Counted from the stretch's first letter, positions 1 through 11,376 are shown. The stretch is DNA of 64,000 bases from Coleofasciculus sp. B1-GNL1-01 (GCA_040220235.1 JAVJTO010000095.1); one strand, 5' to 3'. A program made the numbers and translations. The notes: generated from the letters alone by a model not told the origin.

Positions 1-127
1 AAGAATCTTTAACTCATCGGAGAGTAAGGATTATGTATTCAATGCATAGATATATAGCTGTTGCTACAACGGTTAGGATGAATGTCACGCTCATTAAGGC
101 TGGTGGGCAATGCCCACCCTACTGAAT

Positions 128-244
128 TAAGTAAATAGTCCCCAAACCCTTACAAAGGACGTAGCTTGCTTCTCAAGGGTAGCGAGTATGACGAATGACG
201 AATGACGATCACCACCGTTAACTTTAACTGTCCCTACCTACTTA
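128..244. repeat. TAAGTA...CCTACTTA MITE-like repeat family carrying STRR heptamers
   Basis: Related segments at about 4486-4621, 6860-6960, 17812-17881, 19246-19340, 33145-33206, 46005-46131 and 47525-47590; shared GCAAGCTACGTC and (GACGAAT/GACAAAT)n. Confidence 0.7.
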
Positions 245-338
245 TGAGAGCAAAACCTAAATTGGCACAATCCTGGCACACATGTCCCGTCAGTGTATGT
301 AACTATTAACAATGTGAACGTTGAGGCGCATCACTTTT

Positions 339-2180
339 ATGTTAGGCAAGTTACTGGATGGTCGTTACCAAGTCAACCAAGTCCTCGGTGCAGGAGGATT
401 TGGTCGCACCTACCTGGCACAAGATACCCGTCGTCCAGGTAGCCCGATTTGTGTGGTCAAACACCTTCAGCCAGCAAATCGTGACCCCAATTTCTTAGAA
501 ACCGCCCGACGCCTGTTCAACAGCGAAGCGGAAACCCTAGAGGTGCTGGGCAATCACGACCAAATCCCACGCCTGCTTGCCTACTTTGAAGAAGACCAAG
601 AATTTTATCTGGTTCAGGAATATATCGAAGGGCATCCCCTCAGCAAAGAGTTGATACCCGGTCAACCGTGGGATCAGACGCGAGTTGTTGACCTGCTGCA
701 AGAACTCTTAGAGCTTTTAGACTTTGTTCACAACCACGGCGTCATTCACCGGGATATTAAGCCAGATAACCTGATTCGACGGAATTTAGATAAAAAGTTA
801 GTCTTATTAGACTTTGGGGCGGTGAAGCAAATCCGGACTCAATTGGCAAGTCCTCAGGGGCAAATGAGCAATACGGTGGCAGTAGGGACTCCGGGTTATA
901 TGTCCAGTGAACAGGCTTTGGGTCAACCGCGTCCCACCAGCGATATTTACGCTTTAGGAATTATCGCTATCCAAGCCATTACAGGTCGTATGCCTGCTGA
1001 ATTACAAGAAGATTTAAATACGGGCGAACTGATCTGGCAACATCTTGCCCCTGTGAGTCCAGGGCTAAAACATATTTTGACCCGGATGGTACGCTATCAT
1101 TTCAAAGACCGCTACCAGTCAGTCGGAGAAGCGTTACAAGCCGTGCGATCGCTCATCACCGCTTCTTCGGGTCAGTCTGTTTCACCGTCTCAACCAACCC
1201 CTCACCCCCAGCCCCTATCCCAACAGGGCACCCTGGCAGTTTCCCCCGCCGCACCCCCTCGAAGACCAACTCCTCCGACTCCTCCTCCGCCCCCTGAACC
1301 CGAACCTGCATCTGAACCGAATCGCGCACCATTAATCATTGGTGTGGGTTTAGCCGTGGCTATGGCAGCCGCAGGCATGGCGTATGGCATTCGTCAGGGG
1401 ATGTCCGGTGGAATGGCACGAGGGACTTGTACAGTAACGGCTCAAGGCTTGAACGTGCGCTCAAATCCCAACGCAGCGATTGTTGGCACAGTTAATAAAG
1501 GCACAAAGTTAACCTTAACGGGAACTAAGCAAGGGGATTGGGTGGAAATTCGTTCACCTAAAGCAGGGTGGGTTTTTGGCAAGTATGTCGATTGTTCTAC
1601 CGTAGATACCATTGCGGAACAACCCGCTAGCCCTACCCCAGTAGAAACTCAACCGAGTCCCACCCCAGTTGAGACAAAACCCAGTCCCAGCCCAGAACCA
1701 ACCCCAACGCCGGAAAAATCCCCCGTTCAGCCCAAAGATAATGGGGCAGAGGTCTTGACAGAAGCGGCAGAAGAGTATCAACAGGGTAACTTAGATAAAG
1801 CGATCGCGGCGGCTCAATCGGTTCTCCCCAGTAGTCCAGCCTTTGAGGATGCTCAAAAGAAAATCGAGACCTGGCAAAAGGAATGGTCAGAAGCAAAAAC
1901 CAAATTCGATAAGATTCAGCAAGCCTACAATGAAGGTCGCTATGTTGATGTGATCATTTATGCCGCAGACAGCGATTTTCCGGAACAGCGCTATTGGCGA
2001 GAAAAGTTGAATGACTTAGTTCGCAAAGCCACCCAACGTAAAAATCAAGGGGATACGAATCAGGAAACCCCGCCGTCATCTGAACAGTCAAATCCCCAAA
2101 ACGCTAAACCTGAAACAAAAGAACCCACTGGAGACAATTCAGTACCAGTTTGTGAACCGGAAACCGAAGAAGCCTGTTGA
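339..2180 (+). CDS. Hanks-type Ser/Thr protein kinase with TM helix, bacterial SH3 domain and TPR-like C-terminus
   Basis: GxGGFG, HRDIKPDN, DFG and GTPGY motifs; Pro-rich linker; TM segment LIIGVGLAVAMAAAG; SH3b-like GLNVRSNP...DWVEI...GWV. ATG at 339 preferred over TTG at 321. Confidence 0.92.
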   Translation: MLGKLLDGRYQVNQVLGAGGFGRTYLAQDTRRPGSPICVVKHLQPANRDPNFLETARRLFNSEAETLEVLGNHDQIPRLLAYFEEDQEFYLVQEYIEGHPLSKELIPGQPWDQTRVVDLLQELLELLDFVHNHGVIHRDIKPDNLIRRNLDKKLVLLDFGAVKQIRTQLASPQGQMSNTVAVGTPGYMSSEQALGQPRPTSDIYALGIIAIQAITGRMPAELQEDLNTGELIWQHLAPVSPGLKHILTRMVRYHFKDRYQSVGEALQAVRSLITASSGQSVSPSQPTPHPQPLSQQGTLAVSPAAPPRRPTPPTPPPPPEPEPASEPNRAPLIIGVGLAVAMAAAGMAYGIRQGMSGGMARGTCTVTAQGLNVRSNPNAAIVGTVNKGTKLTLTGTKQGDWVEIRSPKAGWVFGKYVDCSTVDTIAEQPASPTPVETQPSPTPVETKPSPSPEPTPTPEKSPVQPKDNGAEVLTEAAEEYQQGNLDKAIAAAQSVLPSSPAFEDAQKKIETWQKEWSEAKTKFDKIQQAYNEGRYVDVIIYAADSDFPEQRYWREKLNDLVRKATQRKNQGDTNQETPPSSEQSNPQNAKPETKEPTGDNSVPVCEPETEEAC

Positions 2181-2403
2181 TTTCCGCGATTTCCAATTGC
2201 TCTTGTCAGGTGCAAGAATTGAGTTGTAGTGGCGTGGCACACCTTATTTGATTGGATGAATTAGAATTACGCCCCGAAACCGTAGGGGCGCAAAGACTTG
2301 CGCCCGATTCAACGTGTTCGCGAGAGTCCTCGGCTTCAACGAAGTCAGCCGAGCAGGGATAGCGGGATGCCGGAAGAATGGAGGCATCCATTCCGGCAAC
2401 GTT

Positions 2404-4374
2404 TTAAGCGCCGCCTCTTAATTTATCTAATACGCTGCGATCTTCCAATGTAGACGTATCTCCAGCCACTTCCTGACCGGCTGCTAAATTCCGCAACAAA
2501 CGCCGCATAATTTTACCCGATCGCGTTTTGGGCATTCCCTCTGTAAAGCGAATCTCACCGGGACGGGCAATGGCACCAATTTCGTTAACTACATGTGCCT
2601 TGAGTTCGTTTGCCAATTCCTCCGTTGGACTGTAGTCATTCTCCAACATGACAAAGGCAAAAACATTTTCCCCTTTCACCTCATCCGGTTGTCCAACCAC
2701 AGCCGCTTCTGCTACGGCGGGATGGGAGACTAACGCCGATTCAATTTCCATAGTACCTAGGCGATGTCCAGAGGTATTAATCACATCATCTACACGCCCC
2801 ATCACCCAGAAATAGCCATCTTCATCTCGACGCGCACCATCTCCAGCAAAGTAGAGATACTGCCCGTCTTTGGGTGCAATATGTTCCCAATAGGTGCGGC
2901 GGAAGCGATCCGGATCACCATAAACGGTTCGCATCATTCCGGGCCACGGGTGCTTAATCACCAGATATCCTCCCTGATTAGCGGAAACCGGATTGCCTTC
3001 TAAATCGACAATATCTGCCAGAATACCTGGAAACGGTAACGTAGCTGAACCCGGTTTGGTGGGAATCGCACCGGGTAGGGGCGTAATCATAAATCCCCCG
3101 GTTTCTGTTTGCCACCAGGTATCGACAATTGGACAACGTTGTCCGCCAATAATTCGGTGATACCACATCCAGGCTTCTGGATTAATCGGTTCACCGACGG
3201 TTCCCAAAATTCGTAAAGATGACAAGTCGCGGGCTTTGGGATGGTGTTCGCCCATCTTAATTAATGCCCGAATTGCCGTGGGTGCGGTATAGAAAATAGT
3301 GACGCCATATTTTTCCACCATATCCCACAAACAGCCTGGATTCGAGGGACGAGGTGCGCCTTCATACATGACGGTAGTGGCACCATTGGACAGCGGACCA
3401 TAAACAATGTAACTGTGACCCGTAATCCAACCCACGTCAGCGGTACACCAGTAAACATCAGTGTCTTTAAGATCAAACGTCCATTTCAGGGTGATATGGG
3501 TGTAAAGGTTATAGCCAGCGGTAGTGTGAACAACGCCTTTGGGTTTCCCGGTTGTGCCAGAGGTGTAGAGAATGAACAGCATATCCTCACTATCCATGGG
3601 TTCAGCGGGACAATTCCCTGATACCCCGGCTTGTAAATCATGCCACCAATGATCGCGCCCCGGTTCCATCTGGATTTTCTGCTGGGTACGTTGAACCACG
3701 AGAACGTTTTCTACCGTGGGGGCGCCGTTATTGGCGAGGGCTTTATCGACTTCGGGTTTCAGGGGAACAATCTTATCTTTACGCCAGCCGCCATCAGCGG
3801 TGACGACTACTTTCGCTTGGGCGTCTACTAATCGGTCTTTTAACGCTTCGGAACTAAACCCGCCAAATACCACTGTATGCGGCGCACCAATCCTGGCACA
3901 AGCTAACATGGCGATCGCGGCTTCTGGAATCATGGGCATATAAATCCCCACGCGATCGCCTTTTTTCACGCCTAATTGCTTGAGGACATTAGCAAACTGG
4001 CAAACTTCCCGGTGCAGTTGGGCATAGGTGAGGGTGCGAGAATCCCCTGGTTCTCCTTCCCAAATCAAAGCGGCTTTATTCCGTCGCCAGGTGGTTAGGT
4101 GTCGGTCTAGACAATTGTAGGCAATATTCGTTTTGCCTCCGACAAACCATTTAGCGAAGGGAGGTTGCCAATCGAGGACTGTATCCCATTTCTGGAACCA
4201 GTGCAACTCTTGTTCGGCTAACTCCGCCCAAAATTTTAACGGGTCAGCTTTTGCCTTGTCATAGAGGCGCTGATAGTCCTCCAGACTCTGAATGTGGGCA
4301 GTCTGGGAAAATTCAGCCGGGGGTTGGAATAGGCGTTTTTCTTGCAGAACTGATTCAATCGTTGATTCAGGCAT
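2404..4374 (-). CDS. acs: Acetyl-CoA synthetase (acetate--CoA ligase)
   Basis: [20 protein letters not shown] and [11 protein letters not shown] motifs; probable start MPESTIES at 4374 (ORF is open to 4440). Confidence 0.97.
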   Translation of the reverse strand: MPESTIESVLQEKRLFQPPAEFSQTAHIQSLEDYQRLYDKAKADPLKFWAELAEQELHWFQKWDTVLDWQPPFAKWFVGGKTNIAYNCLDRHLTTWRRNKAALIWEGEPGDSRTLTYAQLHREVCQFANVLKQLGVKKGDRVGIYMPMIPEAAIAMLACARIGAPHTVVFGGFSSEALKDRLVDAQAKVVVTADGGWRKDKIVPLKPEVDKALANNGAPTVENVLVVQRTQQKIQMEPGRDHWWHDLQAGVSGNCPAEPMDSEDMLFILYTSGTTGKPKGVVHTTAGYNLYTHITLKWTFDLKDTDVYWCTADVGWITGHSYIVYGPLSNGATTVMYEGAPRPSNPGCLWDMVEKYGVTIFYTAPTAIRALIKMGEHHPKARDLSSLRILGTVGEPINPEAWMWYHRIIGGQRCPIVDTWWQTETGGFMITPLPGAIPTKPGSATLPFPGILADIVDLEGNPVSANQGGYLVIKHPWPGMMRTVYGDPDRFRRTYWEHIAPKDGQYLYFAGDGARRDEDGYFWVMGRVDDVINTSGHRLGTMEIESALVSHPAVAEAAVVGQPDEVKGENVFAFVMLENDYSPTEELANELKAHVVNEIGAIARPGEIRFTEGMPKTRSGKIMRRLLRNLAAGQEVAGDTSTLEDRSVLDKLRGGA

Positions 4375-4857
4375 CGTTTGTAGTTGTAATCTGTTGCTGT
4401 ACTCAAACCATTTTGAAGGCAGATTTGCCTGAATGAGCAATTTTGACGTTTTGTAAAGCTTACCGACTCCTCGATAGGGGCGGCATCATTCGTCATACTC
4501 GCTTCCTTGAGAAGCAAGCTACGTCATTTGTCATTTGTCATTTGTCATTTGTCATTTGTAAGGGTTTGAAATCTATTTACATAACTTAATATATTTGAGT
4601 TGATTTCCACTAACCTACTTATACAAAATACCTCCTTTTTTGACGCATGAATAAGGGCGGGTTTTGTTTAGCCGTTATTGGTGATTAAGCTAGCGTTAGT
4701 TCCTAAACCCGCCCCTACAATTGATGCTTTTGCTAGGTTCAGGGCAGGCTTTTTATTCCCTGTTCCCTGTTCCCTGTGACACACCGAGCGAAGTCGAGGT
4801 GTTCACTGTTCCCTATCTCTACCCTCATGAGTGCCACATCTAAACTAAAAACATGAC

Positions 4858-5301
4858 ATGAAAGTCGTTCAACAAACGGTGACATTACTGACGCTGAAAG
4901 AACGCCCAATTGGGGTTTGGATATTGAGTGGCTTAACAGCCGCGATCGGATTGCTGATTTTTCTTTCTTCTAATTCATCGATTGATTGGTTCGGATTGGT
5001 TTGTATTGGGTTAGCGAATGGGATGATGTTCGGCAGTCCAGTGAAGGCGTGCCAATTCGACAAACAGAGCAATTTGGTAATGTTTAAGCAACAAGGTTGG
5101 TTAGGAAGCAAGGTGATCCGCCGTCCAATTGACCAGGTGACTGAGGTACAAGTTGAACAGCTTAACCTATTCGGGCTTAAGTTATATCGGCTCAGGTTGG
5201 TTCTTTTCTCTGGAGCGCTATTCTATTTGACTCCAATTCCTTCTACAGATTGTAGACTACAGCAACATTTAGCCAGAACGATTAAACAGTTTCTTGCCTG
5301 A
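4858..5301 (+). CDS. Hypothetical membrane protein (2 TM plus soluble domain)
   Basis: 147-aa ORF with two N-terminal hydrophobic helices. Confidence 0.7.
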   Translation: MKVVQQTVTLLTLKERPIGVWILSGLTAAIGLLIFLSSNSSIDWFGLVCIGLANGMMFGSPVKACQFDKQSNLVMFKQQGWLGSKVIRRPIDQVTEVQVEQLNLFGLKLYRLRLVLFSGALFYLTPIPSTDCRLQQHLARTIKQFLA

Positions 5302-5389
5302 CCAATCAATTCTAAGTGGGGTTGGCAGTCCCCTGTGTTCTGTTCCCTATCCTCACCACAATATTTATTCAGCAATCCCTAAGTAATAC

Positions 5390-5632
5390 TCACGTTTCAC
5401 GTTTAGCGGATAACTGACAACCAATAGGTTGACCAACTGTCTTTTGCACATAGTCTAAAATTTCTTGATAAGCGTCTGGATTGGTTTTAGGATGGATAAT
5501 GAGTCGCACCTTACCATCCGGTAACCAAACTATCAACCGACCGTTCTTCGCCCAAACAAAGGTGCTGATACGATTGAGATCAATCAGATACGTATCGCGC
5601 TCATAACTTAATTTAATCCAATGCTGATCCAT
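5390..5632 (-). CDS. Small hypothetical protein
   Basis: About 80-aa ORF WIKLSYERDTYLIDL...ILDYV resembling conserved small cyanobacterial proteins; ATG at 5632. Confidence 0.65.
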   Translation of the reverse strand: MDQHWIKLSYERDTYLIDLNRISTFVWAKNGRLIVWLPDGKVRLIIHPKTNPDAYQEILDYVQKTVGQPIGCQLSAKRET

Positions 5633-5867
5633 AGTGGACGGTGGCAACTCTTAGCTGAGTCAGTCACGGTGGGGTGTTCTGAGTCAACACACCAATAGGG
5701 AACAAGACAGAGTGTGACAGTGAGATAGGCGATCGCTAACGGTTAAAAGGATACACCAGATGGTCATTGAGTATCTTTTTCAGGTAGAATTTTGATAAAA
5801 AAATGGTCATTAGTTCTCATTGCGGAACTAATGACACCTCGTATTGAGCGATCAATTGTTTTGCTAG

Positions 5868-6176
5868 TTACATTTTGCGTTGAAACTCTTCGAGTAAATC
5901 CAGCAGATTAACCTGACACTGCATCGGTAGTAAATCCGCTAGGGGAACTTCCCGTTTGCCACCCCCCAGTTTAATCGGAATACTTTGCAAGATTTGCACC
6001 ACTTGGTCTTCGGAGAGGTTATCCTCTGTCAGCAGGGGATAGAGGCGTTCAGCTAAAGGGGTGTGTAAATGGGCATCCTGTAAGTAAAGATGCCATTTGG
6101 CAACATCGATGTATATATTCTCACCAATTTCAGCCGCCAAGGTTTCGATCGCTTCGCTGGTATTCGGGTTAGCCAT
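5868..6176 (-). CDS. DUF3181-family cyanobacterial protein
   Basis: IGENIYIDVAKWHLYL...LGGG signature. Confidence 0.8.
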   Translation of the reverse strand: MANPNTSEAIETLAAEIGENIYIDVAKWHLYLQDAHLHTPLAERLYPLLTEDNLSEDQVVQILQSIPIKLGGGKREVPLADLLPMQCQVNLLDLLEEFQRKM

Positions 6177-6211
6177 AATAAATTGAGTAGGACGAACTGG
6201 ACATTCTCAGT

Positions 6212-6490
6212 TTATCCTTGAGCAGAGTTAGCCGAATTATCTTGACCCGGTAAAGGAGTATAATCCGCGATCGCAAAGATATAGACGGCGTGTCCGACTA
6301 AGATTAATCCCCAGATACCCGTTACCCAATACGTCCAAGTCCAATTGGCATACTGGATAGTACGGACGAACCATAGACCCGAATTACACGCCGCAAACAC
6401 AGCGACATGGACAGCAAAGTTCATTCGGTCATCTAGGCGTCGATACGCCGCATCGCGACGATCAGGTTTGCGGGACCAACGAGGAGGCAT
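6212..6490 (-). CDS. 2TM domain-containing protein
   Basis: MPPRWSRKPDR...RMNFAVHVAVF...IADY with two TM helices; ATG at 6490. Confidence 0.8.
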   Translation of the reverse strand: MPPRWSRKPDRRDAAYRRLDDRMNFAVHVAVFAACNSGLWFVRTIQYANWTWTYWVTGIWGLILVGHAVYIFAIADYTPLPGQDNSANSAQG

Positions 6491-6961
6491 AGCAGTTCGT
6501 AAGATAGACGTATGAGAATAGGTTATACTATCTAGTATTTTTTTGATAAGGCAATTTTCGAGTATTCCGGTCTCAAGGGATGGCAACAAGGGTGGGATGC
6601 GGGATGCCAGCCTGACTGGAAACGTTGTCAACTAGCGCGATCGCACCGATTTTACGCTTACCGCCTCAAGCGTTGATGCCTTTGCTGTCATTTGTTCTGG
6701 TGAGGAGTAATCAGAGTAGTTTTAGGGGTGATAAAAACAACCAATGAATTAGGAATTGGGGTTTATTAATTTGAATTTCATCGTGTTCCCTTCCTCCGAT
6801 AAGATGAGTTGACGTGAATGTTGCTCAGAAATTCTCTGATGCGATCGCACATATAGCACTAAGTAAATGGACACAATTAAAGTTAACCGTGGAGATTAGG
6901 CAACAGGCAACAGGCAACAGGGAACAGTAAGGATTTGAGAGTGATTTACAAAAAATGACCA

Positions 6962-8068
6962 ATGACACGACAACCCCACGACCAATTTGCCAAACAGTAT
7001 CTGGAAGAATTATTAGCACCTCTGGGTACAGTAGAAACCAGCCGCGATGTACTCAGCGAAGTTCGCCAGGTTGATGTTTGGTTTGTACCTGCGCCTTCAC
7101 CCTCCCCAGAATCCGAGACTCTAGGATTACTAAGTAAAATGGCAGCAACCACTTGTTTATTTGAACCGTTTCGCAATGCTCCTACCCCAGTAGAAGTGCG
7201 AAGTTGCATGTTGAAATTGTATTCTGTGGAAGCTGAACTTTTACGCAAGGCGCGACGGGAGAGACGTTCTCTATCAGAAGATGAGTCACCCCGTTTATGG
7301 ATTCTGTCCCCCTCTTGTTCTCAACGGTTACTCAACGGGTTTGGTGCCAAGTTGAATCAGGAGGAGAATTGGGGAGAAGGGGTTTACTTCTTACCGGAGT
7401 TTCAGAGAACCGTACTGGTGTCGATCAACCAATTACCCGTAAGTCAAGATACACTTTGGTTAAGAGTATTAGGAAAAAGGAGAACGCAGCAACAGGCAAT
7501 TGATGAGTTAGTCGGATTACCCCAAGAGAACCCATTCCGGCGCAATATCCTGGAAATACTAGCCAATTGGCGCATCAATGTGGGCAGTAGTGAAACGTTA
7601 AGTAATGCAGATCGGGAGTTGATCATGAACTTATCACCAGCGTATTTTAAATGGCGGGAAGAGGCTGTATCAGAAGGCAGACAAGAAGGCAGACAAGAAG
7701 GCAGGCTGGAAGAACGGCGGCAAATGGTGGAAAACTTTCTCAGAGTAAGGTTTGGGGAACTGGATGAAGAATTAGAAGCGATCATCTCACCGATATTACA
7801 GTTACCGCCAGATGTGTTGACTCGTCTACTGTTGAACTTTTCCCCCGAAGAGTTATTACTGTGGTTTGGTGAGAGTTCTGGGCAAGATTTGAGATTAGGC
7901 GAAGAAGGGCGAGAAAAAGTGGAGAACCTGCTGAGAGTGCGGTTTGGTGAAGTTGATCAGGAATTAGCCGACAAAATCGCATCCATGTTAGAGTTACCCC
8001 ATCAAGAGTTGACTCCTTTGCTGTTGACTCGTTCTCGTCAGGAATTATTAGAACGGTTTGCTAGGTAG
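6962..8068 (+). CDS. Rpn/PD-(D/E)xK-like protein with EGRQ repeats and duplicated DUF4351-like C-terminal domain
   Basis: HDQFAKQYLEELL...QVDVWF...LFEPFR N-terminus; EGRQEGRQEGR coil; two VEN(F/L)LRVRFGE modules. Confidence 0.75.
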   Translation: MTRQPHDQFAKQYLEELLAPLGTVETSRDVLSEVRQVDVWFVPAPSPSPESETLGLLSKMAATTCLFEPFRNAPTPVEVRSCMLKLYSVEAELLRKARRERRSLSEDESPRLWILSPSCSQRLLNGFGAKLNQEENWGEGVYFLPEFQRTVLVSINQLPVSQDTLWLRVLGKRRTQQQAIDELVGLPQENPFRRNILEILANWRINVGSSETLSNADRELIMNLSPAYFKWREEAVSEGRQEGRQEGRLEERRQMVENFLRVRFGELDEELEAIISPILQLPPDVLTRLLLNFSPEELLLWFGESSGQDLRLGEEGREKVENLLRVRFGEVDQELADKIASMLELPHQELTPLLLTRSRQELLERFAR

Positions 8069-8217
8069 GGATAAATCCTTGGGTAGGTGAAAATGGGGAC
8101 AATGAGAGACGTAGCATGAGGAGTCTCTACATAATTGCATAACCTCAACCTGTCCAGACATAAAGGGTGGTAAGGGGCAAATGTCTCAAAACTCGATCTT
8201 AAACTGAAGGTAAACGG

Positions 8218-11200
8218 ATGCATTACCAACAACAACAGCCAACAGAAAAACGTCAAACCTATTTTCTCAAGCCAACCTCTTGGCAATGGTTGGTTTATTC
8301 CTGCCATGCTGTAATCACCATCTTCAGCAGCGTTTTTATTGTAGCTGTGGAACAAGATCAGGTGTTGTCCCTACCAAAACGCGCTGGAGAGATAGCGCCG
8401 ATAAGGATCGCCCAAACCGACAAACGCGCTGAAGCCGAAAGACTGTATGAAGAGGGATTGCAACTGTTTCGACAAAGGACAGCCGAATCACTGCAACAAG
8501 CGATCGAAAAATGGCAAACAGCGCTTCCTCTGTGGCGTGAGGTGGGAGATCAATCAAAAGAGGCTTTTATTAATCTGGCACTGGGTAGCACTCATGATTC
8601 ACTAGGATTCAAGCAAAAAGCGCTGGATTATTATAATCAAGCCTTACCTCTTTATCGAAAACTCGAAGATCGCGCCCTTGAAGCAGTCACCCTGAATAAT
8701 ATTGGTAGTGTCTATGATGACTTAGGAGAAAAACAACAGGCATTAGAGTACTACCAACAGGCTTTACCCTTATCTCAGGCTGTGGGCGATCGCGCCAGGG
8801 AAGCAACAACCCTGAATAATATTGGTGATGTCTATTCTGATTTAGGAGAAAAACAACGGGCATTAGAGTACTTCCAACAGGCTTTACCCTTATTCCAGGC
8901 TGTAAGCAATCGCGAAGGAGAAGCAGCCACTCTGAATAATATTGGTCTTGTTTATTCCGACTTAGGAGAAAAACAACAGGCATTAGAGTACTACCAACAG
9001 GCTTTACTCTTATCCCAGGCTGTGGGCAATCGTGAAGGGGAAGCAATAACCCTGAATAATATTGGTGATATCTATGATAACTTAGGGGAAAAACAACAGG
9101 CATTAGAGTATTACCAACAGGCTTTATCCCTATTTCAGGCTGTAGGTGATCGCGCCGGGGAAGCAGCCACCCTCTCTAATATTGGTTTGGTCTATCGTGA
9201 GTTAGGAGAAAAACAACAGGCATTAGAGTACTACCAACAGGCTTTACTCTTATCCCAGGCTGTGGGCGATCGCGCCAAGGAAGCAACAACCTTGACTAAT
9301 ATTGGTGCTGTCTATCATGCCTTAGGAGAAAAACAACAGGCATTAGAGTACTACCAACAGGCTTTACCCTTAATCCAGGCGGTGGGCGATCGCGCCGGAG
9401 AAGCAACAATCTTGACTAATATTGGTGTTGTTTATCGTGAGTTAGGAGAAAAACAACAGGCATTAGAGTACTACCAACAAGCTTTACCCTTATCTCAGGC
9501 TGTGGGCGATCGCGCCCAAGAAGCAGCAACCCTCTCTAATATTGGTACTGTCTATCATGCCTTAGGAGAAAAACAACAGGCATTAGAGTACTACCAACAG
9601 GCTTTACCTTTATCCCAGGCTGTAGAAGATCGCGCCCTTAAAGCAACAACTCTCTCCAATATCGCCTACGCAGAAAGAAGTCGAGGCAATTTCCAACAAG
9701 CGTTGATTCAAATGCAAGCTTCGATTGAGATTATCGAAGACTTGCGGACTAAAGTAGCTAGTCCAGAATTACGTCAAACCTATTTTGCAACTGTACAACA
9801 TTATTACCAATTCTACATCGACCTGCTGATGCAACTGCATCAACAAAATCCTAATCAAGGCTACGATAAACTAGCCTTTCACATCAGTGAACGTTCTCGC
9901 GCCAGAACTCTATTAGAATTACTCACCGAAGCCAATGCCAATATTCGAGAAGGTGTAGATCCTGACTTACTGCAACAAGAACAAACCTTAAACGCTAAAC
10001 TTGATGCAACGGAAAAACAACGGATTGAAATATATAGCAATCCTGCATCCACCCCAGCCCAGAAAACCGCCATTGAACAACAACGGCAACAACTTTTAGA
10101 GGACTATCAACAACTGCAAGACCAAATCCGGGCGACAAGTCCTAAGTATGCCGCGCTGAAATATCCCCAACCCCTCACCTTAGAACAAGTTCAACAACAG
10201 ATTCTGGATGAAGACACTCTTCTATTACAGTATTCCTTGGGAAGAGACAATAGTTATCTGTGGGCAGTAACCAAAGATAGCTTTACCAGTTATCAACTCC
10301 CTCCCAGAGACGAAATCGAAACCCTAGCCCGCCGATTTTATCGCCTCTTACAAATTCCCGGTTATGAAATTGGTAATCCCAGAGGCATTGCTAAAGTTGT
10401 CCCCCGTGATAATTTAAATTCCGTAGCACAACTGAGTGAACTCCTCTTCGGACAAGTGGCTGAACAATTAACCAAAAAACGCATCGTCGTTGTTGCAGAT
10501 GGGGCATTACAATACATTCCTTTTGCCGCTTTAGCCACTCCCGAAACTGCTGATACCGATACTCCTATCCCCCTAATCAATCAATACGAACTGGTCAACT
10601 TACCCTCCAGTTCCACTTTAGGGATTATTCGTGACCAAATTAACGGACGCCAGGAAGCGCCCCAACAATTAGCAATTCTGGCTGACCCGGTTTTCACGGA
10701 TAATGATAACCGCCTCAAAAATGTCCCCAGCCGAGAGATGAAAGTCAACTTAAACCAAGCTTCACTCAACCGTTCTATTCGCGTGTCCGAGATTAACTTA
10801 AATCGCCTCCCCGGAACTCGCACTGAAGCCGAAGCGATTCTCAATTTAGTGTCACCAGAGACACAAACCAATGCGTTTGATTTTGAGGCTAATCGTGATT
10901 TTATCAACAATCCGCAACTGAGAAATTATCAAATTATTCATTTAGCCACTCACGGCATTCTCAATAGTGAAGCGCCCGAATTATCGGGTGTGGTGTTATC
11001 CTTAGTGGATAAACAAGGGAATCCAAAAAGTGGCTTCTTACGTCTCCATGATATCTTTAACCTGAATCTGCCAGCGGAATTAGTCGTATTAAGTGCTTGT
11101 CAAACGGGATTAGGAGAAGAAATTCGAGGCGAAGGATTAGTGGGTTTAACGCGAGGGTTTATGTATGCAGGTGCGCCGCGTTTAGTGGTGAGTTTGTGGA

Positions 11201-11376
11201 ATGTGGATGATGCAGCAACGGCGGAGTTTATGACTCGATTTTATCAGTTAATGTTGAATGAGGGGTTAAAGCCTGCCCAAGCGTTGCGGGAAACGCAGTT
11301 ACAAATGCAGCAGGAAACCCAATGGAAATCCCCCTATTATTGGGCGGCGTTTACATTACAAGGTGAATGGAATTAA
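8218..11376 (+). CDS. TPR-repeat plus CHAT (caspase-like) domain protein
   Basis: About 10 TPRs of 40 aa (ATLNNIG.VY..LGEKQQALEYYQQAL); CHAT His/Cys motifs IHLATHG and VVLSACQTG; C-terminal PYYWAAFTLQG. Confidence 0.93.
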   Translation: MHYQQQQPTEKRQTYFLKPTSWQWLVYSCHAVITIFSSVFIVAVEQDQVLSLPKRAGEIAPIRIAQTDKRAEAERLYEEGLQLFRQRTAESLQQAIEKWQTALPLWREVGDQSKEAFINLALGSTHDSLGFKQKALDYYNQALPLYRKLEDRALEAVTLNNIGSVYDDLGEKQQALEYYQQALPLSQAVGDRAREATTLNNIGDVYSDLGEKQRALEYFQQALPLFQAVSNREGEAATLNNIGLVYSDLGEKQQALEYYQQALLLSQAVGNREGEAITLNNIGDIYDNLGEKQQALEYYQQALSLFQAVGDRAGEAATLSNIGLVYRELGEKQQALEYYQQALLLSQAVGDRAKEATTLTNIGAVYHALGEKQQALEYYQQALPLIQAVGDRAGEATILTNIGVVYRELGEKQQALEYYQQALPLSQAVGDRAQEAATLSNIGTVYHALGEKQQALEYYQQALPLSQAVEDRALKATTLSNIAYAERSRGNFQQALIQMQASIEIIEDLRTKVASPELRQTYFATVQHYYQFYIDLLMQLHQQNPNQGYDKLAFHISERSRARTLLELLTEANANIREGVDPDLLQQEQTLNAKLDATEKQRIEIYSNPASTPAQKTAIEQQRQQLLEDYQQLQDQIRATSPKYAALKYPQPLTLEQVQQQILDEDTLLLQYSLGRDNSYLWAVTKDSFTSYQLPPRDEIETLARRFYRLLQIPGYEIGNPRGIAKVVPRDNLNSVAQLSELLFGQVAEQLTKKRIVVVADGALQYIPFAALATPETADTDTPIPLINQYELVNLPSSSTLGIIRDQINGRQEAPQQLAILADPVFTDNDNRLKNVPSREMKVNLNQASLNRSIRVSEINLNRLPGTRTEAEAILNLVSPETQTNAFDFEANRDFINNPQLRNYQIIHLATHGILNSEAPELSGVVLSLVDKQGNPKSGFLRLHDIFNLNLPAELVVLSACQTGLGEEIRGEGLVGLTRGFMYAGAPRLVVSLWNVDDAATAEFMTRFYQLMLNEGLKPAQALRETQLQMQQETQWKSPYYWAAFTLQGEWN
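8666..9660 (+). repeat. Intragenic 120-bp tandem repeat, about 8 copies, encoding TPRs
   Basis: Anchor TTAGG(A/G)GAAAAACAAC recurs at 8722, 8842, 8962, 9082, 9202, 9322, 9442 and 9562. Confidence 0.95.

Noticed and set aside
2323..2400. IS200/IS605 end or ncRNA hairpins between the kinase and acs
   Set aside because: Hairpins are present, but there is no tnpA/tnpB; more simply explained as repeat or terminator structures between convergent genes.
8666..9660. Diversity-generating retroelement TR/VR pair
   Set aside because: No reverse transcriptase in the window; differences are not adenine-specific; repeats are in-frame tandem TPRs.
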